Position numbers and translations under genes: made by a program. DNA of 64,000 bases, taken from contig OZ218958.1 of NCBI GenBank assembly GCA_965112735.1, positions 1,984,001-2,048,000 of the forward strand, in the 5' to 3' direction. The stretch is from Phaeosaccion multiseriatum. Taxonomy: Eukaryota; Protista; Ochrophyta, other classes. This document shows positions 13,140 to 24,757 of the stretch, piece by piece; the stretch's first letter is position 1, and the number at the start of each line of letters is the position of its first letter. The notes beneath the pieces were generated by a model. The model did not search any database, was not told where the DNA came from, and saw only the letters and a list, made by a program, of their open reading frames with translations.

Positions 13140-16100
13140 ATGACTCCCCAGCAGGAGTTGGGAGAGAGGCTTTCGAAGTTAGAAGATAGGCTTTCCTTGA
13201 ACCACAGAGCACCCCCGCAGTCTCCGCCTCCTCTCGTGACTCCTCAAGCTGCAGCAACCTCTTTCCGCGAGAGCAGTGACCACACTCAGCTTTCGCTGCT
13301 CCTGGAAGAAAAGAGTCTGGAATTGGAGCAGCGCAATGTCCTGCTCAGGAGAGCAGAGCACACTATTTGTCATTTGCGCAGCGAAGCCAACGCGCTGCGA
13401 GGGGTCGTGGCTGAGGAACTTCCCTTCTTGAGGGCCAGTTTGACTCACACCACGGAGCAGAGGGATGAGTTGGAGCAGCAAGCTCAGGCGCAATGGAAGG
13501 AGTTGCTGAGTGAGAGGCTGGCACACACTCAAGCGGAGGAGAGCTCGACGCTGTGCGGAAAGCAACTGGAGGAGGCCAATGCTCAGCTACTGCAGGTGAC
13601 GGAGAGCAATGACGCCCTTGCGCGAGAGCTCAAGGCGACAAAGCAGGAGGCGGAGCGACTCATCGTGGCGCTGGGCAATGAGCAAGACAGGGCGAATCAG
13701 CTGCAGCTGGTCGCGGAGGAAGGGGGGGAGTTTGTGCAGAGGATGAAGGAGCAGACGGGGCTTATTGAGCAAAGGCTGCACTCGCTAGAAACAGAGAGGG
13801 ATGAGCTGCGGGCACAAAAGAGCGAGGTGGAGGCCGAAGTGATCAATGTCCGCAGCCAGCACGACGCGCAAGGGAAGGAGCTCGAACTGGCCATGGAGCA
13901 GCAGGAGGCTCTGGTGCACACGGTGCACGAGCTCAAGTCGCAGTTGGTGGAGGCCCGAACCCTCTCTGACCAGCTCAGCATGCAAAGGGATGCCGCGGTG
14001 GAGCAGAGTGAGCGCGACGCTGCCTCGGCCTTGCGGAGCGCCACCGAGCTGGGGTCGCACAGACACGCCGTCAGGACCATGCAGGACGAGCTGAGCGAGT
14101 ACAGACAGCACCTCGAAAAGGTAAGAAACCCTTGCTGTCTTTTGTTTAATGTAGTTTGGTGCGTGCTAATTGGTTGGGTGCAATACGCTGCGCACTGCAG
14201 GCCGATGAGGACAACGCGCAGCTCGTGGCGGAGAGGAACCTCGCTAGAGAGGACGTGCACCGGGCGGAGGAGGCGGCGAGGACCAGCGCAGCAAGAGAGG
14301 CAGAGGAGAGGAGTGAAACGGCAGTGAAAGAGGCCGAGGAGAAGAGTGAAACGGCAGTGAGGGAAGCCGAGGAGCGCTGTCAGAGGAAGTGTCAGGTGAG
14401 AAGTGCAGCCGGCTGGGCTTGGCGGCTTAGCGTTGTACGAAACAGAATGGTGTCTTCTTCTCTGTGTGCAATGATTTGTTTGTCTTACCCTCCCTCCCGT
14501 CCCTCCTTCCAGACTCGAGCGGACGAGGCTGCCCAAGCTCGTGCGCAAGCGTCCCTGCTCAGCGGGCTATGCACACAATACGCACGGCTCCTGCCCCTCG
14601 CTTTGGGCCAAGTGGAGGAGGCTTGCATCGTCACCATTGGCATCTCCGGCAGCAGGGGCGGAGGGGGAGGGGGGGAGGCGGAGCAGCAGCAGCAGCAAGT
14701 AGAACAACAGCAAGACTCCTCCTCGTGCAGCTGGAGCAAGTTGCATCTCCAGCTTGGGGGCGGCTTACTGGCGGATGGCGCTGACTACAGCACTGAGTAT
14801 GGTCCTGACTATGACCGCGGCATACATGGCGGCATACATAGCGGCGGAGACGCCTCTGCCCCTGCTGCTGCGGCGGCGAGCTTTGCCTGCTGCGCGCAGG
14901 AGTCGTCTTTGGCATTGGAGCGTGCCAACAGAACCACTGAGCGCATCATGCGGAGATTGGCGTCGTGCTCCGCCGTGAGGAAAGAGTTCACGCAGGCAGT
15001 GGCGCAGGCGGAGGCACGGGCAAAGGACGCAATGGCAGGTAATCAATCGCGTGTATGCAGCAGGAGTTAATGCTCACACTGGCACTTAGACTGGCACTCA
15101 CACCGCCCCCACCCGCGTGCTTGCACTTGCACACGCATCACTCCCCGAATCTTCCAATCTTCCAATCTCAGAGGCGCACCGGAGAGTGGAGCGTGCGCTG
15201 GAGCAGCTGAACAACTCCGAGCGGCGTCTCTCCGCCATCAAGGAGCAGGCGGAGTTTGGGGAGAGAAGGGCGGCCCTCGGGGAGAGAGAGGCGTGCTTTC
15301 ACAAGCTCGACGCCGCCGAGAGAGAGCGCCGCCTCCTTCGGGACCGCCTGGCCAACGCTGAGGTGAGCGGGGGCGGACAGGGGGTGGGGAGTCCAGGGAG
15401 GGGGCTTACCAGCTCGTCTGACTGACTTGTATGCCACCTTGTATGCCAACGGGACAGACCCCTCTCGTCTCACTCTCTCTTATCTCTCTCTCTCTCTCTC
15501 TCTCTCTCTGTGGGTACCTTTCTTTTGTCTGCCTGCTCACGGCGATCCCCTGCGATCCCCTGCCACGTTGTGGCACCCCTTGCAGGCTGAGGTGGCCCTT
15601 CTGCACAGCCACATTAAGCATGTCAAGCAGGGGCAGAGCGACGAAGCTCAAGAGTCCGCAGCCGGTGTGCGGAGCCTGTTCGAGCGACTGAGTCGAAGAG
15701 ACGCGGACCTGGAGGAGCTCAAGGGACACCTCGACAGCATGACGCAACGTAATGCCACGCTTGTTGCCAAGCTCGAGGAGGTGAATGACGACTTGGCCAG
15801 GGCTGTGGGGCAGAGGGATGAGCTGCGGGAGGAGACGGTGCGGCTCGGGGCAGCGTTGCTCGAGGCAGAGGGAGTGGCCAAGGAGGGCAAGGCGGCGCTG
15901 GATGAGGTGAGGGGGGGAGGGAGAGGGGGTTTGTTGTTTATGCGCAAGACCCACACACCTTGTCTTTCCCCAACCACCATAGTGGAAGGGAAGGATGGAA
16001 GAAGAGCCCTCTGTTTAGCTTGTTTGCTTGCGTATTTCTTCTTGGTGCTTACATGGTCGTGTCATTCCATTCGTCTTTTTTTGTGTACTCTTGATGAATC

Positions 16101-16948
16101 AGGTGACGGCACAGCGCGATGCCGCCCTGGCCATGGAGGGTGTTGTCAAGAGGGAGCTCCGGGCCACACAGGCTGTGCTGAGGGCCGGAGGGATGGACGA
16201 GGAGGACCAGGGGGACGGGGGGGCGGGTAAGGAGAGGGAGGAGGGGGAGGCGGGCGGTGGCGGCGGCGGTGGTGGTGGTAGTGGTGGAGGGGGTGATGGT
16301 GAGTCATCATTGCTGCAGAGCCAAGTGGAGGCCCTGCACGAGCTGTGCACCGACCTGGCGGGGCTCGTTTACTCCACGTCCTCCTTCTACGAGATGTACC
16401 AGGACCTGCACAGACCATCGCCGGGTGGTGTGTCCGGAGGGGCAGGAGGGGGAGGAGATGCAGCGGGGCGGCACACGCCCGAGCGGAGGCGGGGTGCTCT
16501 GGAGACGGAGTGCTTGAAGCTGCTGGAGTGTAACGCCTACCTGGCCCTGAGAGTGCAGCACCTGGGCCTGGACTATCAGCGCCTGGCCAGGGGGCTCGTC
16601 TCAGCCTCGGAGGATATGGGCGTGGGCGTGGGTGCGGGCGTGGGCGTGTCTCACTACGGTCATGGGGATGGACTTCCCCAGAGGATGACGCCCACGAGAA
16701 GTCCGAGCAGCCCTGATATTTATCAGCGGCAGCAGCAGCAGCAGCAGCAACGGCGGCAGACGCCACACACCCAGCCCCTCTTCTCTCGAAGGAGGCACTA
16801 CGCGACAAGCACCGCCACCACGCCAGGAGCAGTGAGCCAGAGGGAGGCGCTGTCGCCCTCCGCGGTGTACGGCCGCGCGGTGCTCACTCCGAACAGAGTC
16901 GGAGGCGGGGGGAGGGCCGGGCACCGAGGGTACCCCGTTCGAACGTGA
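13140..16948 (+). CDS. Long coiled-coil protein of unknown function, multi-exon
   Basis: E/Q/L/A/R-rich heptad ORFs linked by GT-AG introns (e.g. donor 14121, acceptor 14200); no recognisable family motif. Confidence 0.7.
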
Positions 16949-17313
16949 CGACAGCCTTGGCAGCCCCCACCTCTTTTTTTCGGCATTGTAACTCTTGAAA
17001 GCCTTTTTTCACAAGCCGATTTCAACGGCACTTGCTGCCGGGCAATCTTCTCCGAGATGACAGCGGGGCGGCATCCACATCAATGCATACATTCTACCCC
17101 TTCCCTCCAAATTGTTGTTTGTTGGGTGGCTGGGTTCGCCCACGATGTCGACATCCAATGTCGACATGTTCAGTGGCAAAATCGAAGTGAAGGAAAGATT
17201 TGTTGGGCTGCCCCCTCGGGTCGAAATTGGGATGACAGCGCCTCGGTCATCCCACTGAGGGCCACTTCCATTTTTGCCCGTTCTCCTCTCTCTTACCCAT
17301 TTTTATTATAAGC

Positions 17314-18821
17314 ATGCAGCTCACCGCCCTCCTCTCCGCTGCCGCCATCGGCTCTGCCACGGCCTTCGTGGCCCCCACCCCCTTGATGACCAAGGCGACG
17401 GCCGTGCGATCGAGCTCGGGCGCCACCACCACCATGATGGCGGGGGAGATGTCCAAGGCGCTGCCTTTCATGCCCAAGCCCTCCAAGGTGAGGCACGGAG
17501 CAGGGGAGAAGGGAAGGAACGGAGTGGGGAGGGATGAGATGGGAGGGGCGGGGAGCTACTATCAGAACAGGCGAAAGGGGAGAGCGACGAAAGGGAGGGG
17601 GTAATTGACGTTGCACCTCGGCCGCGCACCACACACCACGGCACTTCTGGCGTCTAACTCTTGGGTTATATCTTCCCCTCTCGTGGCTCCTGACTTTCTT
17701 CTCGTGTGTCGTCCCTCATATGAACTGCTTGCCTGGCCACGTACTTGCCTGTGGCGCAGCTGGACGGCTCAATGGCGGGCGACGTTGGCTTCGACCCTTG
17801 TGAGTGTGGGAGTGGATAGTTTTTTAGAATCCTCCTGTCGCGCACCTGTTCCCAACACAAAAGGTGTACCGTGGAGAGGACTGACGTGTGCTGCTCCATA
17901 CCCCACCCCCCTGTGTTCTTTTGGCGCTAATTTACTCCAGTCGGACTCTCCGAGATCGACGACGTTGGCCTTGACTTGTACTGGATGCGCGAGGCCGAGC
18001 TCAAGCACGGCCGCGTGGCCATGCTTGCCGTCACGGGCATTGTCTGGTGCGACCAGGTGGGGTCCTTCCCGGGCATGCCCCAGGGCACCTCGCAGATGGA
18101 CCTATTCTGGCAGGTGTGGGCAGAGAAGCCCGCCATCATCGGAGCCGGGCTTGTGGCCATCACCATGATCGAGAGTGAGTATGCAACAGCAGGCTGATCA
18201 GCAGCAGCAGCAGCAGCAGCAGAATCAGTGGACAGCTACAATATTTCTGTCTCACGCCGCCTCCCACTCTCCCCACCTTCCCTCTTCCTCTTCCTTAAAA
18301 CAGTCATTACAGGAATCGCCATCACCAAGGGTCGCGAGAGCGGAGACAGGGCACCCGGAGACTTCGGTGAGTACCATTTTTAAGGATTCAAAAAGAACGC
18401 ATGAACCTCCCTTCTGTAATCAGCCGAACGCTCCTATCTCCCGTCCCGCGTGTCTGTTCCGCTCTTTCTGCACAGGCCTGGACCCCTACAAGATCGCGGG
18501 AACCCCCAAGATGGTACGACGTAGTGTGAACTAGACACACGTGTGGTCCCCTCTCTTTCTGAACTAGACACACGTGTGGTCCCCTCTCTTTCATACTTTT
18601 GACAGACGAAGCTGTTTTGTGTGTGTGTGTGTGTGAGTGTGTCCTCTCTGCATGCCAGTTACATGTGGTTCTCACGTCCCTCTCTATTTCCACAGGACAA
18701 CTACGCACTGAAGGAGATTAAGAACGGCCGACTGGCCATGAGCGCGGCAGCGGGTCTCATCCTTCAGGGATGCACCACACACGAGAGTGGCTTCGCGAAC
18801 CTCGCTCATGCCTTCAACTAA
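17314..18821 (+). CDS. Light-harvesting complex protein (red-lineage LHC/FCP, Lhcr-like); exons 17314-17487, 17760-17799, 17941-18174, 18304-18366, 18476-18513, 18696-18821
   Basis: Signal peptide ending ATAF-VAP, SKALPF, LDGSMAGDVGFDP, WMREAELKHGRVAMLA, PGDFGLDP, KEIKNGRLAM; exon phases are consistent. Confidence 0.95.
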
Positions 18822-19117
18822 TTTAGTCAGCGCTGGAGAGGAGGAGAGGAGAGCTCTATAACAGCTTTCAGAGGATGAACAGCAAATTTTTTACGACAAG
18901 TCTGCTAGACCTGTACATATTCCCCCCTATTTTAACCCTGAGATTAATATACTGAGCTTCGCCACACACAGACTGTTTCTTTTAATCACTCCGACACCTC
19001 CCTCGCACGACAGAAGAGTAGGGCAGCATCTGCAGAGCGTGAGAGGCACGGTCCAGCGAAGGGGTGATGGGGCTGCTCCTCCTCACTCATTCGCCCACGT
19101 ACGCACCCACTCCCTCC

Positions 19118-19394
19118 CTCACTCACTCACTCACTCACTCACTCACTCACTCACTCACTCACTCACTCACTCACTCACTCACTCACTCACTCACTCACTC
19201 ACTCACTCACTCACTCACTCACTCACTCACTCACTCACTCACTCACTCACTCACTCACTCACTCACTCACTCACTCACTCACTCACTCACTCACTCACTC
19301 ACTCACTCACTCACTCACTCACTCACTCACTCACTCACTCACTCACTCACTCACTCACTCACTCACTCACTCACTCACTCACTCACTCACTCAC
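19118..19394. repeat. (TCAC)n tetranucleotide microsatellite, about 275 bp
   Basis: Perfect TCAC run with degenerate CA/CT flanks. Confidence 0.97.
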
Positions 19395-19935
19395 CTCACG
19401 CATGCCCCTCGCACTCCCTCACACTCTCGCGCAGGCACTCAGTCCCTCACACACTCCCTCACACACTCGCGCAATCACTCACTCCCTCACACACTCGCGC
19501 TATCACTCACTGACTCATCCACTCAAACAAGCCTATCGACTCGTATTGCATTGTTCTTTGTCCAGCATTCAGATTGTGGATCGCCAGTTGTTACGATGGA
19601 TATCGACATCTGTGACTGAGCACCACATCGACGTACAATATCGAGGTCAATGTCGATGTACATGCGTGCCTACGGCCCTCACTTCTTTTGACGCGTCTCT
19701 GAGTAGGTATTAACAATACAAGAGTTGACACTACAACGGTAGGAGAGGAGATGTCGCAACACGACAGTGTGCTGCCACAAATGCGCTTATCACTGGCCCC
19801 ATACGCAAAGGGTTGGGGTGAAGCAGCCCAGCAGCCCTCGCCACTCCCATTCTGCCCTCTCCTCGAGGGCCCGCTGGCCGCAAGGCAAGGCCCACACCGG
19901 GCAAACGGCTACACACACACCCAATGCCAATGCCA

Positions 19936-21420
19936 CTACCTTGTGTTCGTCAACCTCTCCCCCTGCTCCTCCTCCTGCTCCTCCTCCTGCTCCTGAACCC
20001 CTCCTGAACTACTCTGCTCCTTGTTCGCAAGATCAGAGTTTTCAGAGTATTCACAGTCTCTGGGGGGGCGGGGAACCAGGCTAAAGGTAGGTCCTCTCGA
20101 GCCCCTCGGGCAGATCTGCGGCAGCGGGCAGCCCTCCCCCACGGTGAGCTTCCTCAGGCCAGCAGGTAGATTCGCCAAGGGGCAAGTGTAATTTCTTCCG
20201 AGCCTAAGAATTCGAAGAGAAGCAGGCAAGTCCAAGGGGTGGTTGAATAGTGGCTGCTGGAAACCGTCACTGGAAAACCTCAGCTCCTGGAGCCCAGGGG
20301 GCAGGTCGAGTTGCTGATCGAAGCACCCTCCCATTTCAATCTTCTTGACTGACGGTGGGAAGACGATGGGACGATTAAAGCAAGAATCGAATTTTACCTC
20401 TTCCAGCGCGCTCGGCAGACGCACACCTGATTGATTGAAGCTCCAGCCAAACGTAATCTTCTTCACCGATGCGGGAAAAGCGATGGGCATGTTGTAATTA
20501 CTGCCGAGAACGACCTCTTCCAGCGAGCTGGGCAGAATGACATTCGGCTGCTGGAAGAACGCGCCGAATACAATCTTCTTCACAGACGGAGGAAAGACAA
20601 CGCGTTGTTGGAAACGAAGACCGAACACCACTTCCTCCAGCGAACTCGGCAAAAGCGCCTCAGGCTGATCGAAACTATCCCCAAAGGTGATCTTCTTCAC
20701 CGACGAGGGAAAGTGTGTGGCTCTATTGTACCAAGGGCCGAAGACCACCTCCTCCAGCGAGCTGGGCAAAATCACAGTCTGATCGAAACTCTCTCCAAAC
20801 ACAATCTTCTTCACAGACAATGGGAAAGTCACCGTCTGATTGAATCGATAGCCAAAAATTACCTCCTCCACCGAGCTGGGCAAAAGCACATTAGGGTGAT
20901 CGACGCTGTCGAAGAACAGCACCCGCTTCACCGACTTGGGCAACAGCGCCAAGACCTTCCTCATGAGCGCCTCATCGGCAGATGCCAGGGTCACATCTGT
21001 CCTCCTCTTGAGACCGAGGCGCACAGCGGTGACGCGAAACGAGCGCATCTTGCCATTCAATCCGGAGTCTTCTCGCCAGTCTGCGTGTGGCTCCCCCACC
21101 CTCCCCAATCTTTGCAGCCCCTCCCGTATTCCCTCCACCACGGCCTCTGAAGGAGAAGGCGAGTCATGCTTGGGTTCTTCTCGCTCCTGCTGCTGCTCTA
21201 GCATGCTCACCATACGCTGTTGAATATCAAGAGGCATGTCAGCGTTCAATACCAGAGTACGGGAGGTGAGCTCATCGACATCCCTGCACACGCCCCATAG
21301 GGCTTTGTTCGTCGTTAAAAGGCTGGCCACAGCTCTCAATGCCGCTGTCCCAACAATGCTCCTCCGAGCCACATCAGAAGAGCTCCTCGCCGGGGCATTG
21401 CTGGTGTTGCCCTCCTCCAT
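19936..21420 (-). CDS. Intronless FNIP-repeat protein with possible N-terminal F-box-like motif
   Basis: About 12 repeats of LPSSLEEVVFGxxFNQ / FPxSVKKIxFGxxFDQ. N-terminal ALRAVASLL...ALWGVCR resembles the end of an F-box. First ATG at 21420. Confidence 0.8.
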   Translation of the reverse strand: MEEGNTSNAPARSSSDVARRSIVGTAALRAVASLLTTNKALWGVCRDVDELTSRTLVLNADMPLDIQQRMVSMLEQQQEREEPKHDSPSPSEAVVEGIREGLQRLGRVGEPHADWREDSGLNGKMRSFRVTAVRLGLKRRTDVTLASADEALMRKVLALLPKSVKRVLFFDSVDHPNVLLPSSVEEVIFGYRFNQTVTFPLSVKKIVFGESFDQTVILPSSLEEVVFGPWYNRATHFPSSVKKITFGDSFDQPEALLPSSLEEVVFGLRFQQRVVFPPSVKKIVFGAFFQQPNVILPSSLEEVVLGSNYNMPIAFPASVKKITFGWSFNQSGVRLPSALEEVKFDSCFNRPIVFPPSVKKIEMGGCFDQQLDLPPGLQELRFSSDGFQQPLFNHPLDLPASLRILRLGRNYTCPLANLPAGLRKLTVGEGCPLPQICPRGSRGPTFSLVPRPPRDCEYSENSDLANKEQSSSGGVQEQEEEQEEEQGERLTNTR

Positions 21421-21896
21421 CCTCCCTCTGTCACCCCTTTGCTCTCCTCCACCACTCCCGGTATGGAATACTGCTTCCCGCTCTCGTGGGAGGAATCTGA
21501 GCCGAGCCACGTGCGATGAAACGAAAAAGCAAGGTTTCGGATGGTTCGTAAGAAAATGTTTGCCCAGCAGGAGGAGCCTTGCTGCCTCCCGAGCCGCTCT
21601 CTCGAGCCGATTTAACCAATTAGATAACCCCCCTCTCGCCTAAAGTAACCAGGTGGGGGCTTGTTGGATAATAAGACAACAAGTAAAAAAAGGAAGAGGA
21701 GCGGGGCTTGGCGGAGCACCAACGCGCCTAGCGCTTACTCAAAGCTCCCCCCACCCGAAATATTTCCTCCTCCCCCCCGCCTAGGACGACAAGGCCTTGT
21801 CCCACCTTCCTCTGTGCCAACCCTCTTGCTTGTCGCCGGTCTGCTGCTGTCTATACGACAGAACCGCTTGAATAGGGGGGGAGAGTGCTCTGGAGG

Positions 21897-23975
21897 ATGA
21901 CGGGGGCGCGCCCGAGCAGGATTGCCGGGAAGGTGCAGGCGTGGTACGACAAGAGAGTTGAGCTGGAGGCTTTGGGCTGGGGAAGCAGCAAGGAAGATCT
22001 CCTGCTGTTGTTCAAGGCCGTTCTCTGCACGGTCGATCTCAAGCAACTCAAGCAGATGGGGTATGGTCCGCTGCAATACCTCGCCGAGGCTGAGAAGGGC
22101 AAGGAGACACGCTGCTCGGAGGTGAAGGGCTCCAGGATGCTTGAGGGGGTGAAGCTGCTGGAGGAGTGCGGACTAAGCGTTGACACCAGGCGAGATGGGA
22201 GTTCCTGGACGGCTCTGCACCGTGCTGCTTTGAGGGGGCACTTTGACTTGGTGAAGGGGCTAGTGGAGGCGGGTGCGGATGTCAACATCAAGTGTACCAA
22301 TACTGAACGGACACCTCTAGACCTTGCTGCCTCCGCCGGCCACCCCATGATAGTGTGGTACTTGCTTAAGCATGGAGCCAAATGGGAGGGGACCTACGCC
22401 TTGCACGATGCGGCTCGGGCTGGAAGCCCTTCGAGTGTGAAGATGTTGCTGAAGGCAGGAGCCAATGTATTCGAGAGGGAACCGGAAGGGGGCACGGCTG
22501 CCCAGGGTTGCTGCGGAGAGAGTGACGAGCAGGGCTCGAAAGCAGGGCGGGCCGAGGCTCTGTCTATCTTGCTCAGGAAGGGTGCAGATGTGCAGGTGAA
22601 GAATGGACGTGGCAGCACTCTCCTGCACCTCGCCGCGTGCTTCGGACACGAGCAGTGCATCCCCATTCTTGTGGGCAGAGGGCTGCAGGTCGATGCAACG
22701 CGCAACGATTTGAGCACGCCGCTCCACTGGGCCTCTTTGACTGGAAAAGTGGGATGTGTGAAGGAGCTCATTCGCCGCGGTGCCCCCCTTGACGCTGTGG
22801 ATGAAAACGGCCGCAGCCCTTTGCTGGAGGCTGCCAGTAGAGGCAACGTGAAGGTTGTGAGCGAGCTGATACGCGCCGATGCCTCTGTCGATGTCAAAGA
22901 CAAGAACTCGATCACCGCACTGCATGTCGCGGCCGCCCTGGGCAGCCTCAAGATGGCCTACCTCCTGGTGGAGGGTGGAGCGGCGGTCGATGCTCTCACC
23001 GATGACGGTGAAAGTCCTTTGGTATCGTGCATGCGCCCTAGAGAAGGGAAGATAGCTCAGACGTTAGCTCAGAAGTTGTGGAGTTTTCGAACATCACCAG
23101 GAGAGAAGGAGGCCCGCGAGGAGGTGGCTCGATTCCTGCTGAAGATGGGCGCTGCCGTTGACGAGAAGGTGATGAAAGCGGCTGGGAAGGCACGCTTCAG
23201 TGGTGTCATAACATCTTTCATCAGGACAGAACGGGAGGGGCGCAACGCTCTCACAGACAGACTTCACACCGTTTCGGAGCACTGCATGTCCGTTTTAGCT
23301 GGTGCCGAGGATGAGAAGGCTGACAGCACAGTGCGGGTTAGGCTGGTGAATACGCGCAGTGGGGAGAAGGGCGAGAAGCAGTACGTCTTGAGCATCCCTC
23401 TCATGGAGCGGCTGGCGGCGAGGGTCAGTGGGAGAGAGGAGGAAAGAGTGAAGATCTCCCCAGGCCAAGCCTCAGCGGCAGGCATTCTTCCGAATATGCT
23501 TGACCCGAGGAAGTACGGCTACAAGGGGGATGATGAAGATGATGATGGGGCGGAGAAGGGGGCAGGGAAGGGCAAGAAGCAGATGAAGCGTGCAGAGCTG
23601 AAGTATGATGGCGTGGACTTCACCGAGGAGGGCTTTGAGGCTGTGGTGCAGTTCGTGACGACGGGCAGTGTGGAGGAGCTGCTGACGAGAAGGTCGGGAG
23701 GAGGAGGTACAGAGGGCGGCGCGAGCAGCCGTAGCAGAGGAGGAATTGGGGAAGTTGAAGGCACTGGCGGGGGAGGGAAGAAGAGGAAGCTTGTGAAGCT
23801 GTTCGACGACGTTCGAGCGAAGCAGGCTCTGCAGGCCGCGGAGTTCTTCTGCGTGGAGGGCATGTCTAGGGAGGTGAAGACACTGATGGGAGAGTACGGC
23901 TTCGAGCTGGAGCAGAACGAGACCGAGAGAGAGGGAAAAGGGCCATCGCGGAAGAGGAGCAGGGTTGACCCCTGA
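21897..23975 (+). CDS. Intronless ankyrin-repeat protein with C-terminal BTB/POZ-like domain, copy 1
   Basis: About 9 ankyrin repeats (TALHRAA, TPLHWAS, SPLLEAA, TALHVAA). C-terminal DFTEEGFEAVVQFVTTG...ALQAAEFFCVEGM resembles the BTB helical core. Confidence 0.82.
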   Translation: MTGARPSRIAGKVQAWYDKRVELEALGWGSSKEDLLLLFKAVLCTVDLKQLKQMGYGPLQYLAEAEKGKETRCSEVKGSRMLEGVKLLEECGLSVDTRRDGSSWTALHRAALRGHFDLVKGLVEAGADVNIKCTNTERTPLDLAASAGHPMIVWYLLKHGAKWEGTYALHDAARAGSPSSVKMLLKAGANVFEREPEGGTAAQGCCGESDEQGSKAGRAEALSILLRKGADVQVKNGRGSTLLHLAACFGHEQCIPILVGRGLQVDATRNDLSTPLHWASLTGKVGCVKELIRRGAPLDAVDENGRSPLLEAASRGNVKVVSELIRADASVDVKDKNSITALHVAAALGSLKMAYLLVEGGAAVDALTDDGESPLVSCMRPREGKIAQTLAQKLWSFRTSPGEKEAREEVARFLLKMGAAVDEKVMKAAGKARFSGVITSFIRTEREGRNALTDRLHTVSEHCMSVLAGAEDEKADSTVRVRLVNTRSGEKGEKQYVLSIPLMERLAARVSGREEERVKISPGQASAAGILPNMLDPRKYGYKGDDEDDDGAEKGAGKGKKQMKRAELKYDGVDFTEEGFEAVVQFVTTGSVEELLTRRSGGGGTEGGASSRSRGGIGEVEGTGGGGKKRKLVKLFDDVRAKQALQAAEFFCVEGMSREVKTLMGEYGFELEQNETEREGKGPSRKRSRVDP

Positions 23976-24149
23976 GCATCGTCAAACCAAGACTTGAGCA
24001 GCCGCACGTGCGAGTGAGCTTGCCTCGGGGGTGGGAAGGGAGAGAGGGAGCGAGAGTATCAGGGAGATGCGTGAGGATCGAGCCGGTATGTGGTGAGTGC
24101 CGTGTGCCCTTGGCGTGAGCGAGGCATTAGGAGGGCCGTGGTGAGCGGA

Positions 24150-24152
<3 letters not shown>

Positions 24153-24195
<43 letters not shown>
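24153..24195. repeat. (CAG)n microsatellite
   Basis: Perfect GCA run. Confidence 0.9.
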
Positions 24196-24198
<3 letters not shown>

Positions 24199-24757
24199 CA
24201 CCACCTTCCCATTTTTTTCATTTTTTAACACTCGATTTGAGTCCCAAATGGTCCCCAATAAATTTTTTGGACGAACTCCGCAAAATAGCGCTATAGCTCT
24301 TCGTGTAGCTCTTTGAGATGCCTACCGACACTCTCTCGTCTTTCCACACTTCCTTCCTTCCCTAGTTTTCAACATTTTTTTTGGGGGATTCTTGTTCGTA
24401 CGCAAATCGAGTGTTAAAAAATAAAATGTTACCCAGCAGGAGGAGCTCTTCGAGCCGCTCTCTCGAGCCGATTTAACCAATCAGATAACCCCCCTCTCGC
24501 CTAAATCTGGGGGGCTTGTTTTCAAGGATACGCCATCTACTGTCTAAAAGTAACAGGAGCGGGGCTTGGCGGAGCACCAACGCGCCTAGCGCTTACTCAA
24601 AGCTCCCCCCAACCGAAATATTTCCTCCTCCCACCCGCCTAGGACGACAAGGCCTTGTCCCACCTTCCTCTGTGCCAACCCTCTTGCTTGTCGCCGGTCT
24701 GCTGCTGTCTGTACGACAGAACCGCTTGGATAGGGGAAGGGAGCGCTCTCGAGGAGG

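Noticed and set aside
19039-19713. SLTH-repeat ORFs
   Set aside because: Translation artefact of the (TCAC)n microsatellite.
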